Shown here: positions 24,445 to 33,667 of the stretch, one piece after another
Position numbering within the stretch: the stretch's first letter is position 1
How the letters are laid out: every line of letters starts with the position of its first letter
IMG/VR virus record: IMGVR_UViG_3300034523_000087
Strand: one strand, 5' to 3'
Length of the DNA stretch: 63,327 nucleotides
Source of the DNA: a virus
Program-made: the position numbers and the translations under genes
The notes under the pieces: generated by a model
Seen by the model: the letters and a program-made list of their open reading frames with translations, nothing else
Databases searched by the model: none
Told to the model about the DNA's origin: nothing

Positions 24445-24765
24445 ATGAGTGACTGCTTCGATCACATGGTGGATGCGTACGAGGACTTCGAAGCACGCGG
24501 TTTCGATGAAGATAGCTCCGGGTTCAGTCGTGGCCGTAGCCGTAGATCGAAGACACCATTCTCCTACGATCCGCTGTACTACCACACCAGTAAATCTTTC
24601 ATTCGGATCGTCAAGCGAACCGAGAAAGCGATTCTGTTCGAGTTCGACAAACTCGGCGAGCAGTGGGTACCAGAAAAACTTTGCCGTCAGTTAGACGAAG
24701 CAAGCGGTACCGTCTTCATCTACACGCCGTTCATTAAATCCATGCTGAAAAACAGGAAACCATAA
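24445..24765 (+). CDS. hypothetical protein (106 aa)
   Basis: Track ORF, AGGA RBS. Confidence 0.7.
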   Translation: MSDCFDHMVDAYEDFEARGFDEDSSGFSRGRSRRSKTPFSYDPLYYHTSKSFIRIVKRTEKAILFEFDKLGEQWVPEKLCRQLDEASGTVFIYTPFIKSMLKNRKP

Positions 24766-25370
24766 TGCACGATTTCATCATCACCCTGAATCTGGCTTAC
24801 CTCGGCCGCCAACTCTCGTCGACCCATGGTACGCAGAAAGGCTACGCGAACCAGCTCATGGCTCTTCTTCGCATCGCGGACTTCGATAACATGAAGAATA
24901 CCGAACATGCGAATATCCGCATGACTGCCGAGCAATTCGCTGAATTCATCTATCTCCGCGCAGGCGCCGGCGCCACGAATGGCATCAAGGAACTGCAAGC
25001 TCGGCGGGTGCCGTCCAACCAGCCTACTGACGTCTACCTGGCGCGGGACTTGACCGATACCGATCTGGATAGTCAAGGCTACCCGAAACAAGGCCGGCGC
25101 AGTCCCGCCCTCGACGGCGCTGTGTCCGTATCTGCCGACATCAACATGGCCGCCGCCGGTAGTGCGTCGACTACCGGAGGTATGAGCCGGTTCGCGGCAG
25201 AGATCGATACGCTGCGCACGCTGGCCTCGAAGGTTGAAGATGCACAGATCGTTTCGATCTGCGGGGGTATCGAGGTCGATCGTGTCAGCGCGCTCGATTT
25301 GGTGTACGGCGAAATCCACAAGCGTGAGCAAGCGATTGCCGCGATGTTCACGTCCAACCGTCAGAATTAA
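24765..25370 (+). CDS. hypothetical protein (201 aa)
   Basis: Track ORF; TAATG overlap. Confidence 0.75.
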   Translation: MHDFIITLNLAYLGRQLSSTHGTQKGYANQLMALLRIADFDNMKNTEHANIRMTAEQFAEFIYLRAGAGATNGIKELQARRVPSNQPTDVYLARDLTDTDLDSQGYPKQGRRSPALDGAVSVSADINMAAAGSASTTGGMSRFAAEIDTLRTLASKVEDAQIVSICGGIEVDRVSALDLVYGEIHKREQAIAAMFTSNRQN

Positions 25371-25381
25371 AGAGGTCTACC

Positions 25382-25780
25382 ATGGGCAGTCACGTTGCAA
25401 TGGCGCATTACATCGATCCCATTTCGGGCGAGAAGCACGGCGAGCACATCATCTTCGACAGGACACTGAAAGACCGATTGCCCGACCATCCTATTGCTAT
25501 TGGTTTCGAGTTAACCAGCGAGCACAGGAAGCTGCACGAGGACGGCTACATCGCTCTCGTCGCTATCGACCAGTCGAAGTCCACCGGTACTCGGCCGGAT
25601 CAAGTGTATCGCTTGGGTAAGGCTCTCCACGTGAGGCGTGAAGCACTCAAGCAGATACTCGATATCAGCGACGAGCACTTAGCACTGGCGTTGATTTGGG
25701 TCGATATGGAGATCATCGACACCATCACGCTGATGGCCAATGTCGCAGACGGTGACGACGATGCTGAACAAGCCGAGTAA
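25382..25780 (+). CDS. hypothetical protein (132 aa)
   Basis: Track ORF, AGAGG RBS. Confidence 0.7.
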   Translation: MGSHVAMAHYIDPISGEKHGEHIIFDRTLKDRLPDHPIAIGFELTSEHRKLHEDGYIALVAIDQSKSTGTRPDQVYRLGKALHVRREALKQILDISDEHLALALIWVDMEIIDTITLMANVADGDDDAEQAE

Positions 25781-26174
25781 TGAGCAGGCGTTGAACCTGC
25801 TGGAGTTCATCGCCTTCGAAGCTGTGAACGCCATCGCCAAGTTCGAGGCCTCGCCCAGTGACGACGGGATGAAAGAACTTTTCGCCCTCGGCACCCGGCT
25901 CAGGGTGCAGCTCAACGAACTGGCCCTGGCCCGCGGCGTGTCGATCACCGACGACCTGTACATAAACGGCCAGCTGCGTGACGTGAAGTCGCCTTCCAAG
26001 GCGATGCTTAAGCGCGGCGAGATCCTGTCGATCGACTACCTCAAGCGCCGGGCACCGATCCTCAAGAAGAAGCTCGGTATCTCCTACTACAACGCGTTGG
26101 AGTTTCTTGCGCGCGAAGCGGGTTTCGAGTCCGGCTACCGCCAAGCGCTCAAGGAGCTGGAGTGCAATAAATGA
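25740..26174 (+). CDS. hypothetical protein (144 aa; alternative start 25761)
   Basis: Track ORF; 41-nt overlap with the upstream gene, so the start is uncertain. Confidence 0.65.
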   Translation: MSQTVTTMLNKPSNEQALNLLEFIAFEAVNAIAKFEASPSDDGMKELFALGTRLRVQLNELALARGVSITDDLYINGQLRDVKSPSKAMLKRGEILSIDYLKRRAPILKKKLGISYYNALEFLAREAGFESGYRQALKELECNK

Positions 26175-26437
26175 CCAGCCCGTTTACCGGCTCTGTCGGT
26201 GCCTTTGAAACCGACCCTGAAAAAACCAAGGGCGAAATCGCGAGCGAGTTGTACGCGCCCGGAACGTACGATTTCGCCCTGCCCAACGCGTGGGTGAAAC
26301 GCGCCGAGCAGATCACCGGTGAAGTTGTACCGCCGCATTTCGTGTGGCTGTACCTACCCGGTGACCTGATCGGTGTGCCCGCGCCCCTTACCACCACCGG
26401 CGTCCACATTCTGATGAAGATGGCTCGCTACCCGTAA
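26171..26437 (+). CDS. hypothetical protein (88 aa)
   Basis: Track ORF; ATGA coupling. Confidence 0.65.
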   Translation: MTSPFTGSVGAFETDPEKTKGEIASELYAPGTYDFALPNAWVKRAEQITGEVVPPHFVWLYLPGDLIGVPAPLTTTGVHILMKMARYP

Positions 26438-26496
26438 ACCTTCCACCCGTCCAACCCACTCAACTTTCTCTTTCTACCACGCAAGGAACATCGGAT

Positions 26497-27969
26497 ATGT
26501 CGACCCAAAAAACCACCAAAGGCAACGAGAAGTCGCTGAGCGAAATCACCGAGCAGCATCACGTCGCCGAGATCGTTCACCACGGCGATAAGCTGACGCT
26601 GCCCGAAGGCATGGATGTCAGCGCCGCCATCGATCTGCTCGAACGCCGCCGCTCCTACCTCGAAGAAACCGTCAACCTGACGCGCATGTTCAACGTCTTC
26701 CCCTGGGACGGTGCCAACGCGATCAACATCGCTCTGGCGCGTCGTTTCGGCTGGGCCGCCGCCGAAGCCACTCCCGGCTTCTTCGGTTCCACTCCGCCGA
26801 AGATGATCACCATCGAAGTCGGTCCCGGCCAACAACGTCGTGTACCGTGGGGTCGCTTCAGCATGCCGGGCATCGACGGTTTCGTGCAGACTTCCTCTGG
26901 CTTCAAAGATGGCCGTCTGTGCTTCCAGCTGATCGCGCAGGTTCTGCGTAAAGACGAGAACACCATCGAGAAGCTGTTCGATGAAGTCGAGCAGGTTCTG
27001 AAGCACGAATCGATCTACGCCGGTAAGGCCATCAAGATCCGTTTCCGCAACGACGACGGCAGCACTCTGGAAATGCCGGAACCGAAGTTCCTCGACGTGA
27101 GCGACGTGTCGCGCGACATGTTGGTGTACTCGAAGGAGGTCACCGACTCGATCGAAACCAACCTGTTCACGCCCATCGAACGTGTACATGACTGCATCGC
27201 CAACGGCATCCCGGTCAAGCGCGGCGTCCTGCTCGGCGGGCCGTACGGCACCGGTAAGACCCTGGCAGCTACCGTCGCATCGCGCCTGGCCGTCGACGCC
27301 GGCGTCACCTACCTCTACGTGCCGCGTGCGGACGAACTGGCTGACGCCATCGAGTTCGCCAAGCAGTACCAAGACGTGGCCTGCGTGATCTTCTGTGAGG
27401 ACATCGACCGCTGCATGAGCGGCGAGCGCTCGGTCGCGATGGACGATATTCTCAACATCCTCGACGGCATCGACACCAAATCGTCGCGCATCATCACCGT
27501 CCTGACCACCAACCACCTGACCGACATCAACCCGGCCATGCTGCGCCCCGGCCGCCTGGACGCGATCATCGACGTGGTACCGCCGGATGCTGAAGCGGTC
27601 GTACGCCTGATCAAACTCTATGGTTCCGGTGACATCGACGAGAACGCCGACCTGACGCCGGCGGCCGAGCTGCTGGCCGGTGCCATCCCGGCGGTCATCG
27701 CCGAGGTGGTCAAGCGCTCCAAGCTGGCCCAGCTCCAGTTGCAAGCGCCGGGCACCCGCATCGAGAAGATCACCGGCGAAGCAATCCTCCTGGCGGCGCA
27801 AGCCATCCAGAGCCAGGTCAAGCTGCTGGCCGAGCAGTCCGCACCGCGCGTGGCACCGCTCACCGTCGACGGTCTGTTGCGCAACATCATCAAGGACGAG
27901 TGCGAGTCGATCAGTGACGAACTGACCGACATCCGTCTCCTGACCGACGCCATCCGCGAGCGCGTGTAA
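26497..27969 (+). CDS. classical AAA-family ATPase with unknown ~210-aa N-terminal domain
   Basis: Walker A GGPYGTGKT, Walker B VIFCEDID, sensor-1 VLTTN, second region of homology PAMLRPGRLD; followed by terminator. Confidence 0.9.
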   Translation: MSTQKTTKGNEKSLSEITEQHHVAEIVHHGDKLTLPEGMDVSAAIDLLERRRSYLEETVNLTRMFNVFPWDGANAINIALARRFGWAAAEATPGFFGSTPPKMITIEVGPGQQRRVPWGRFSMPGIDGFVQTSSGFKDGRLCFQLIAQVLRKDENTIEKLFDEVEQVLKHESIYAGKAIKIRFRNDDGSTLEMPEPKFLDVSDVSRDMLVYSKEVTDSIETNLFTPIERVHDCIANGIPVKRGVLLGGPYGTGKTLAATVASRLAVDAGVTYLYVPRADELADAIEFAKQYQDVACVIFCEDIDRCMSGERSVAMDDILNILDGIDTKSSRIITVLTTNHLTDINPAMLRPGRLDAIIDVVPPDAEAVVRLIKLYGSGDIDENADLTPAAELLAGAIPAVIAEVVKRSKLAQLQLQAPGTRIEKITGEAILLAAQAIQSQVKLLAEQSAPRVAPLTVDGLLRNIIKDECESISDELTDIRLLTDAIRERV

Positions 27970-27986
27970 ACGCTCACCACGTTAGA

Positions 27987-28013
27987 AGCGGCTCCTTCGG
28001 GGGCCGCTTTTTA
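27987..28013 (+). terminator. intrinsic terminator
   Basis: AGCGGCTCC-TTCG-GGGGCCGCT-TTTT after the AAA ATPase gene. Confidence 0.8.
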
Positions 28014-28025
28014 TAGGAGTTCACC

Positions 28026-28358
28026 ATGACGCTGGCTTTCGATTTTTCGGGGTTTTTGTATTTCGCTTCTGGTCTGATTTTCGGTGTGTTAATCGGTCCG
28101 GCTTTTTTCTCGCTATTCAACGCCCCGCACAAATTCGTGAGAGGACTTAACTTCGCTGCTACCTCGATAATCACCGCTGAAGACCCCGCAGAAAAAATCC
28201 TTTACCTGCTCAGCAAGGTCGAAGCGGCGAAGACGTTCAAGACGTTCACTGACTTCGATCGTGGGGTTGAGACTGCGGTAGAGCTTTACGTGACCAACCT
28301 CAAGCACAGCGAACACGTTATAAGCTCCTTCAAGAAGAGGCTCTATGAATCGTATTAA
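28026..28358 (+). CDS. membrane-anchored hypothetical protein (110 aa)
   Basis: Track ORF, AGGAG RBS; N-terminal hydrophobic segment FLYFASGLIFGVLIGPAFFSLF. Confidence 0.7.
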   Translation: MTLAFDFSGFLYFASGLIFGVLIGPAFFSLFNAPHKFVRGLNFAATSIITAEDPAEKILYLLSKVEAAKTFKTFTDFDRGVETAVELYVTNLKHSEHVISSFKKRLYESY

Positions 28359-28722
28359 CCTGTACTACCGTCAGACGCACTCGTACGTGCCTGGCTGGAA
28401 GCACCTCGACTCTTACGCCTACCTCGGATATGTACTCGTCAAGTCGCCAGCACATAAGCTGTACGAAGACGACGAGGAAGTGAAGTACCGCGGCGTAGTT
28501 CAAATCCCCAGCGAGCAGCGCAAGAAATTCCGCCGCGTGTGGCGTCGGCTCGGCAGGAAAGTGAGCTTCAACGATTTCGTCTGCAACGCACTGGAGGACT
28601 ACTGGACCGGTGGGTGCCAGTGCGAACACGACTGCTGCGGCTGCTTTTTCTACTCCGCCCGTGCCAATCGTGTGAACCACAAGAAGTACACCGTCATCAT
28701 CACCGGGCAGCGCAACATATGA
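28345..28722 (+). CDS. Cys-cluster protein (125 aa)
   Basis: Track ORF; CQCEHDCCGC cluster near the C-terminus. Confidence 0.7.
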   Translation: MNRINLYYRQTHSYVPGWKHLDSYAYLGYVLVKSPAHKLYEDDEEVKYRGVVQIPSEQRKKFRRVWRRLGRKVSFNDFVCNALEDYWTGGCQCEHDCCGCFFYSARANRVNHKKYTVIITGQRNI

Positions 28723-28811
28723 CCATCGAAATCCTGTACCACTTCTTCGACTACCTCCCTGTGTGGACGGCGCCGATCTGGCTGCTACCACTCCTGGCGC
28801 TGGCACGATAA
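28719..28811 (+). CDS. possible 30-aa hydrophobic peptide
   Basis: ATGA-coupled internal ATG of track ORF 28539..28811 (MTIEILYHFFDYLPVWTAPIWLLPLLALAR); fills an otherwise empty gap. Confidence 0.3.
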   Translation: MTIEILYHFFDYLPVWTAPIWLLPLLALAR

Positions 28812-28820
28812 GGAATCACC

Positions 28821-29033
28821 ATGCCTGAGTTCATCATCGCGATGTTGATCTGCACGTCACCTGACGTGTGCATTCCGTTCAGGGATACCACTCAACGGTT
28901 TACCCAGGAGCAGTGCGAAGAAGTGCGGCAGGAAATCACCCGACGCTACCCGCCCAGCAAGTTCGCATTACGTGTGGAGTGCGAAGTTGTGGAACCGGTG
29001 GCCAAGCCGGCACAAACCAGTCTTATCTTCTGA
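28821..29033 (+). CDS. hypothetical protein (70 aa)
   Basis: Track ORF, AAGGA RBS. Confidence 0.6.
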   Translation: MPEFIIAMLICTSPDVCIPFRDTTQRFTQEQCEEVRQEITRRYPPSKFALRVECEVVEPVAKPAQTSLIF

Positions 29034-29040
29034 GGTCACT

Positions 29041-29385
29041 ATGGAAAACGAAAAACGCTGCCTCACCAAAAAGCGCGACGTGCAACTCAGCGTCGATGGG
29101 TACACCCTGTCCGGTGGTATCGAACTGGCACAAGACGCGTTGTCGATGCGTGTGCAGATAGCGTCCGGCAGCAACGAAGACTACGAATTCGATGTGGACA
29201 CTACGGTGACCGGTTGGCTCGTCGTCACCGTGAAGAAACGCGTTCCCGACGAAGCATGGGGGAAATGGAGATCGCTGGCGATTTCGCCGACTGCGCTCGT
29301 CGAGTTGGCCATCGGAACCGGGCTGATCAACGCCAACCTCGACGTTGAATCTCCGCTTCAGATCGTAGCCGTCGCAGGCGAATAA
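29041..29385 (+). CDS. hypothetical protein (114 aa)
   Basis: Internal ATG of track ORF 28972..29385 with GAGG RBS. Confidence 0.65.
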   Translation: MENEKRCLTKKRDVQLSVDGYTLSGGIELAQDALSMRVQIASGSNEDYEFDVDTTVTGWLVVTVKKRVPDEAWGKWRSLAISPTALVELAIGTGLINANLDVESPLQIVAVAGE

Positions 29386-29408
29386 TACCCTTCGGGCCGG
29401 AGGTCATC

Positions 29409-29630
29409 ATGATCATTGCGTCGTTCATGGACTTGTCTCTGGATGTCCACGTTCGGATCGAATCTCGGCGGGTGACCATGACCCTGGTCGAGTACAAGTT
29501 GTCGTACGTGAAGATCACCACTGGCGAGTTCATCACGTACCAACCTTTCTTCGAACGTTCCGCGGCTGAAACGAAATTCCGCGAGATCGTGGAAGACCTT
29601 ATCCTAAAACAACGAGGTACTTTGCAATGA
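29409..29630 (+). CDS. hypothetical protein (73 aa)
   Basis: Track ORF, GGAGG RBS. Confidence 0.6.
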   Translation: MIIASFMDLSLDVHVRIESRRVTMTLVEYKLSYVKITTGEFITYQPFFERSAAETKFREIVEDLILKQRGTLQ

Positions 29631-29839
29631 AAAAGAACTGGAGTTCGATGGGCCTGAACTTCATGCGTTCCTTGGCTGCTGGCGTATTCTCCGGCAGCAG
29701 GTTCCCGGCCGCACGTCGCGTTGACTACACGCCGATGGCGGTAGACAAGCAGACGCCTGAACAGGCAGAAGCTGCCAAGCGCCGTGCGCAAGAGCGCCGC
29801 GAACGTCGGATGAAACGCCCGCAAGGGTTCGGAGGTTAA
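29627..29839 (+). CDS. hypothetical basic protein (70 aa)
   Basis: Track ORF; ATGA coupling. Confidence 0.55.
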   Translation: MKKNWSSMGLNFMRSLAAGVFSGSRFPAARRVDYTPMAVDKQTPEQAEAAKRRAQERRERRMKRPQGFGG

Positions 29840-29841
29840 CC

Positions 29842-30291
29842 GTGAACGTCAAACACCTGGCGAGCATCGCCCGTACCGGCTACACGACGATCTCTGTCGA
29901 GTTCCCCGAAACCCCCGGCCGGCATTACGTCTATAAAGCTGAGCTGCCGTTCTCTCCCACCACCGGCATGGTCGTGGTCGCCTCCCCTTCCAAGGGCTAC
30001 TGCCTGGCACGTGTCGTCGAGATCCACGACGTGCCGCAGATCGACGTGAACGCGTCGTTCGACTACAAGTGGATCGTGGCCAAGGTCGACGACTCCCGCT
30101 ACACGGAACTGGTCGAAGAAGACAAGGAGTTCACCAAGCGCATGCGTGAGCATGAGCAGACCAAAATCTACGCCGAGCTGCTGGCGCAGTTCCCGCAGGC
30201 CATGGAGATCATGGGCAGCATCACCGGTCGTGTGTGCTTGGACAAGCAGCAAGCGGAAGCTCTTTCGGGAGATCCTATCGAGGATTGGTGA
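29842..30291 (+). CDS. hypothetical protein (149 aa)
   Basis: GTG start with GGAGG RBS; followed by hairpin 30307..30335. Confidence 0.7.
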   Translation: MNVKHLASIARTGYTTISVEFPETPGRHYVYKAELPFSPTTGMVVVASPSKGYCLARVVEIHDVPQIDVNASFDYKWIVAKVDDSRYTELVEEDKEFTKRMREHEQTKIYAELLAQFPQAMEIMGSITGRVCLDKQQAEALSGDPIEDW

Positions 30292-30306
30292 TCTATCGCT
30301 GCACCA

Positions 30307-30335
30307 TACCCCGATAGCGCAAGGCTATCGGGGTA
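30307..30335 (+). other. 11-bp-stem hairpin without U-tract after gene 29842..30291
   Basis: TACCCCGATAG-CGCAAGG-CTATCGGGGTA. Confidence 0.7.
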
Positions 30336-30370
30336 CACCAGATATTGTGTCAAGTTCATTGCATTTGACC

Positions 30371-30418
30371 GATGGGTAGGGGCAGGCCCATCCTTCACTT
30401 CCCCCTACCCATTTCTTT
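30371..30418 (+). promoter_or_regulatory. terminator-like hairpin with competing alternative stem just upstream of the primase-helicase gene
   Basis: GGGTAGGGG (30374) pairs with CCCCTACCC (30402), followed by ATTTCTTT; alternatively GATGGG (30371) pairs with CCCATC (30387). The two stems share bases 30374..30376. Confidence 0.5.
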
Positions 30419-30433
30419 AGCCTGGATTAGCCT

Positions 30434-32839
30434 ATGGACATCGCTTTCCTGTCCGCACCCGTGCCTCTGACGAAAACGTACAAGCAGCTTCGCGGACGCA
30501 TCGAAAAATCGAACTATCCGAACACCTCTTCCTTCACCTCGTACACCGAGCACCCGAAACGCCTCGAAGATTTCTACGCCGTCATTGTCGAGCATGCCAA
30601 GCAAGGGCACTGCTTGCTCAAGGGGCAGCTCAACCGCGACCTCGTTGAAGAATCCCGCGCCGGCTCTACCGAGAGCAACCAGGCAACTGAATGGGTCTGC
30701 CTGGACATCGACGGCCTTGAAGTCGAATCGCCCCAGGCATTCATGGATGCCATCGGCCTGGGCAGCGTGAGCTACATCGTCCAGTACAGTTCGAGCTATG
30801 GGGTGCTGGATGACCTGCTCCGCTGCCACATCTTCTGCTTGCTGGACAAGCCGGTCGCGGCACCGTTGCTGAAGCAATGGTTGATCGATGTCAATTTCAA
30901 CACCGAACTTCTGTGCAGCCAGATGACGCTGACGCCCAGCGGTAACGGATTGCATTGGCCGCTCGACATCACTACCTGCCAGAACGACAAGCTGCTGTAC
31001 ATCGCGCCGCCGAACCTGATCGGCGTGCCTGACCCTCTAGTCGCCGACGAGCGCTACCAGCTCGTGAAGAACAAGGGCACGCACTTCAAGCTCCCGAAGC
31101 AGATCGGTACCGTGAGCGCGAACCGCTCTCGTATCGACGATAAGGTCAACGAGCTGCGCCTGGAAGCAGGCATGCCCAAGCGCAAGGCGTCGAAGTACAA
31201 CAGCATCGGCCCTGTCGAGTTCGTGTCGAACCCGGACCAATGCACCGTCACCGGGATCAAGGAAGACCGTGGCTTCGTCTACCTGAACCTGAACGGCGGC
31301 GATAGCTGGGGTTACTACCACCCGGTTGACAAGCCGGACTTCATCTACAACTTCAAAGGGGAGCCGACTTACAAGACCAAGGATCTGGTCCCGGACTATT
31401 GGCACGACCAGCAACGCAAGGTCGAAGAGGCCGAAGAGTCTGGCGAAGTCATCACGCATCTAGCGTTCCGTGATTTCAACTCGGCGAAGTATTACAACGG
31501 CTGGTACGACCCGGACACGCGCGAACTGGTACTCAAGCAGGCAGCGAGCGAAAAGCAGCTGGCTGACTACATGGCAATCCAAGGCCGGGCGCTGAGCGAC
31601 CGAATCCCTATCTGGTCCTTGGAATTCCTGCCGTCTGAGGACTGGACCCTGAACCGTGAGTACGACCCGCCGGTCATCAACACGTTCGTGCAAAGCCCGT
31701 ACCTCCAGGCGAAGCGGCCGAGCAAAGTCCCGTCCGTACCGACGTTGATCGGCAGGATCATCCACCATGCGCTTGGCAGCGACCAGGCCGTAACCGACCG
31801 GTTCTATAACTGGCTCGCCGCGGTCATGCAGAAGCGCGTTGCCATAGGCACCAGCTGGGTTCTCAGCGGTACCCAGGGCACCGGTAAGGGACTCATCTGC
31901 AACAAGATCCTGCGCCCGATCCTGGGCGACACGTACGTGCAGCAGAAACGCATGGACGAGCTGGACGAGAAGTTCAACGATTTCATGGAGCAGTGCATTT
32001 TTCTGTTCGTTGACGAAGTGCAGCTATCTGAAATGCGCAACGGCCGCGCGCTCATGCAGCGAATCAAGAACCAGATCACCGAGGAACGCATCAGCATCCG
32101 GGGTATGCACCGCGCCGGGCAGATGATGACGAACCATGTGAATTGGATCTTCTGCACGAACATGCCGGACCCGATCTACCTGACCAGCGACGATCGTCGG
32201 TTCAACGTGGCACCGTTCCAACCGAACAAGCTGCTGATCACCGCAGAAGAGATCGAAGCGATCGAAGATGAACTTCAACAGTTCTGCGACTACCTGCTAA
32301 TGCGCGAAGTCGACTACGACCTGGCGCGCGCCGTGGTAATGACCGAGCAGCGTGAGCGCTTGATCAACACCAGCAGCACCAGCATCGAACTGGCGTGCGA
32401 CGCAGTGCGCCGTGGGGATCTTCAGTTCTTCTTGGACGAGCTGCCCAGCGATAGCCAGTCGTTTGTCCTGCCCGACACGATGCTGAAGCTGACGCAGTAC
32501 AAGCGTGCGCTTCGGGAGGTCATCGAACACGCGTCTACGGGCGGCAAAGGGGTAGGCCGTGACGTACTGCACACCCTCATGCGGTACGTGCTGCCGGACT
32601 GCCCAACGTCCAGCCACAAGTTCACGTCGCTGATCAAGCACCACGGCCTGTACGTCCAATCGCTTCGCATCGGCACGCGCACCACGCGCGGTGTCGAAGT
32701 GGATTGGGTCATCCCGGAAGGTGCGCTTGAACAGCTGGACGGCGTGGCCGACAAACCGGTCAACGACGATATCTCGCCGAAGACCAAAGCAGAACTCAAG
32801 AAGCACCTCAAGGGTGTAGCAGGAGGTAAGAAAGAATGA
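30434..32839 (+). CDS. bifunctional AEP primase-polymerase / SF3 (D5- or P4-alpha-like) helicase
   Basis: N-terminal AEP motifs WVCLDIDGL and TPSGNGLHWPL; C-terminal Walker A GTQGTGKG, Walker B FLFVDEV, motif C NWIFCTN. Confidence 0.9.
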   Translation: MDIAFLSAPVPLTKTYKQLRGRIEKSNYPNTSSFTSYTEHPKRLEDFYAVIVEHAKQGHCLLKGQLNRDLVEESRAGSTESNQATEWVCLDIDGLEVESPQAFMDAIGLGSVSYIVQYSSSYGVLDDLLRCHIFCLLDKPVAAPLLKQWLIDVNFNTELLCSQMTLTPSGNGLHWPLDITTCQNDKLLYIAPPNLIGVPDPLVADERYQLVKNKGTHFKLPKQIGTVSANRSRIDDKVNELRLEAGMPKRKASKYNSIGPVEFVSNPDQCTVTGIKEDRGFVYLNLNGGDSWGYYHPVDKPDFIYNFKGEPTYKTKDLVPDYWHDQQRKVEEAEESGEVITHLAFRDFNSAKYYNGWYDPDTRELVLKQAASEKQLADYMAIQGRALSDRIPIWSLEFLPSEDWTLNREYDPPVINTFVQSPYLQAKRPSKVPSVPTLIGRIIHHALGSDQAVTDRFYNWLAAVMQKRVAIGTSWVLSGTQGTGKGLICNKILRPILGDTYVQQKRMDELDEKFNDFMEQCIFLFVDEVQLSEMRNGRALMQRIKNQITEERISIRGMHRAGQMMTNHVNWIFCTNMPDPIYLTSDDRRFNVAPFQPNKLLITAEEIEAIEDELQQFCDYLLMREVDYDLARAVVMTEQRERLINTSSTSIELACDAVRRGDLQFFLDELPSDSQSFVLPDTMLKLTQYKRALREVIEHASTGGKGVGRDVLHTLMRYVLPDCPTSSHKFTSLIKHHGLYVQSLRIGTRTTRGVEVDWVIPEGALEQLDGVADKPVNDDISPKTKAELKKHLKGVAGGKKE

Positions 32840-33069
32840 CCAGCAAATTCACCACGTACGTCATGGAAATGCCTGACGACGTTGCCAAGCGCCGGAAGTT
32901 CATCAGCAAGCTGAACGATCTGGCCGACAAGCACGGCGTGAAACTGGTGTCCATGTCTCTGTACGACGAAATTTCCTGGGAAGAGCACCTACGCGAAGAA
33001 CTTCTCAGCGAAGGTGTCTACTCCAACACCGTCGAACACATCCGCTCTGAATGGGAGAAAAACCAATGA
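32836..33069 (+). CDS. hypothetical protein (77 aa)
   Basis: Track ORF; ATGA coupling, GGAGG RBS. Confidence 0.65.
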   Translation: MTSKFTTYVMEMPDDVAKRRKFISKLNDLADKHGVKLVSMSLYDEISWEEHLREELLSEGVYSNTVEHIRSEWEKNQ

Positions 33070-33404
33070 CCCGTCGCGCTACCGCGAAACCTGCTGTACC
33101 CACTTTCGACATCCCCGGCTATGACAAGCTGCGTGATGTTCTCCACGAAGCCTACAAGCAAGCCGCTGTCGGCAAGGGGCACCAACGCCATGGGAGCGAT
33201 GCGGCATTCGAAGAGCAATCCACGCAGATCATCAGCGGGCTGATGGGCACGTCTGACGGGATGTATTTCCAGGCCATGAAGAAGCTCAATGAGAGCCGCG
33301 GCATGGATCTGGAAGCACGCAAGCGCGAACTTCTCGGCGCTATCGTGTACATCGCAGGTATCTACATCTTCGAGGAAACGCACAATGCCGAGGAACACTC
33401 GTAA
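33066..33404 (+). CDS. hypothetical all-alpha protein (112 aa), possibly an NTP-pyrophosphohydrolase-like fold
   Basis: ATGA-coupled internal ATG of track ORF 33051..33404; the GKGHQRHG motif reminds me of phage dNTP diphosphohydrolase-associated domains, but the assignment is weak. Confidence 0.6.
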   Translation: MTRRATAKPAVPTFDIPGYDKLRDVLHEAYKQAAVGKGHQRHGSDAAFEEQSTQIISGLMGTSDGMYFQAMKKLNESRGMDLEARKRELLGAIVYIAGIYIFEETHNAEEHS

Positions 33405-33657
33405 CTTTTGGGTCGAGCTGAAAGTCGACGGCAAGAAAACCGCTGTCGCTTCCGGCCCCGCCAGCAAGGACGGTGGCTTTGACTTGATCGTAAAGCAACG
33501 TGACCGAGGCGGTATCATCACCTCGCTGGTTGTGACGGGCCGGGCCAAAGTCTTCCAAGACGAAATACACCTCACGCTGACCGCTGACGGCGAAGGCGTT
33601 GCGACAGCGGTCACCGAAGGTGGAGTAATCGTCCTCAAATGCAAAACGGTTCGGTAG
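33385..33657 (+). CDS. hypothetical protein (90 aa)
   Basis: Internal ATG of track ORF 33289..33657 with GAGGA RBS. Confidence 0.55.
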   Translation: MPRNTRNFWVELKVDGKKTAVASGPASKDGGFDLIVKQRDRGGIITSLVVTGRAKVFQDEIHLTLTADGEGVATAVTEGGVIVLKCKTVR

Positions 33658-33667
33658 GAGATACGGT

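Noticed and set aside
26428-27801. 457-aa - strand ORF
   Set aside because: It is antisense to the AAA ATPase gene, which has intact Walker and SRH motifs.
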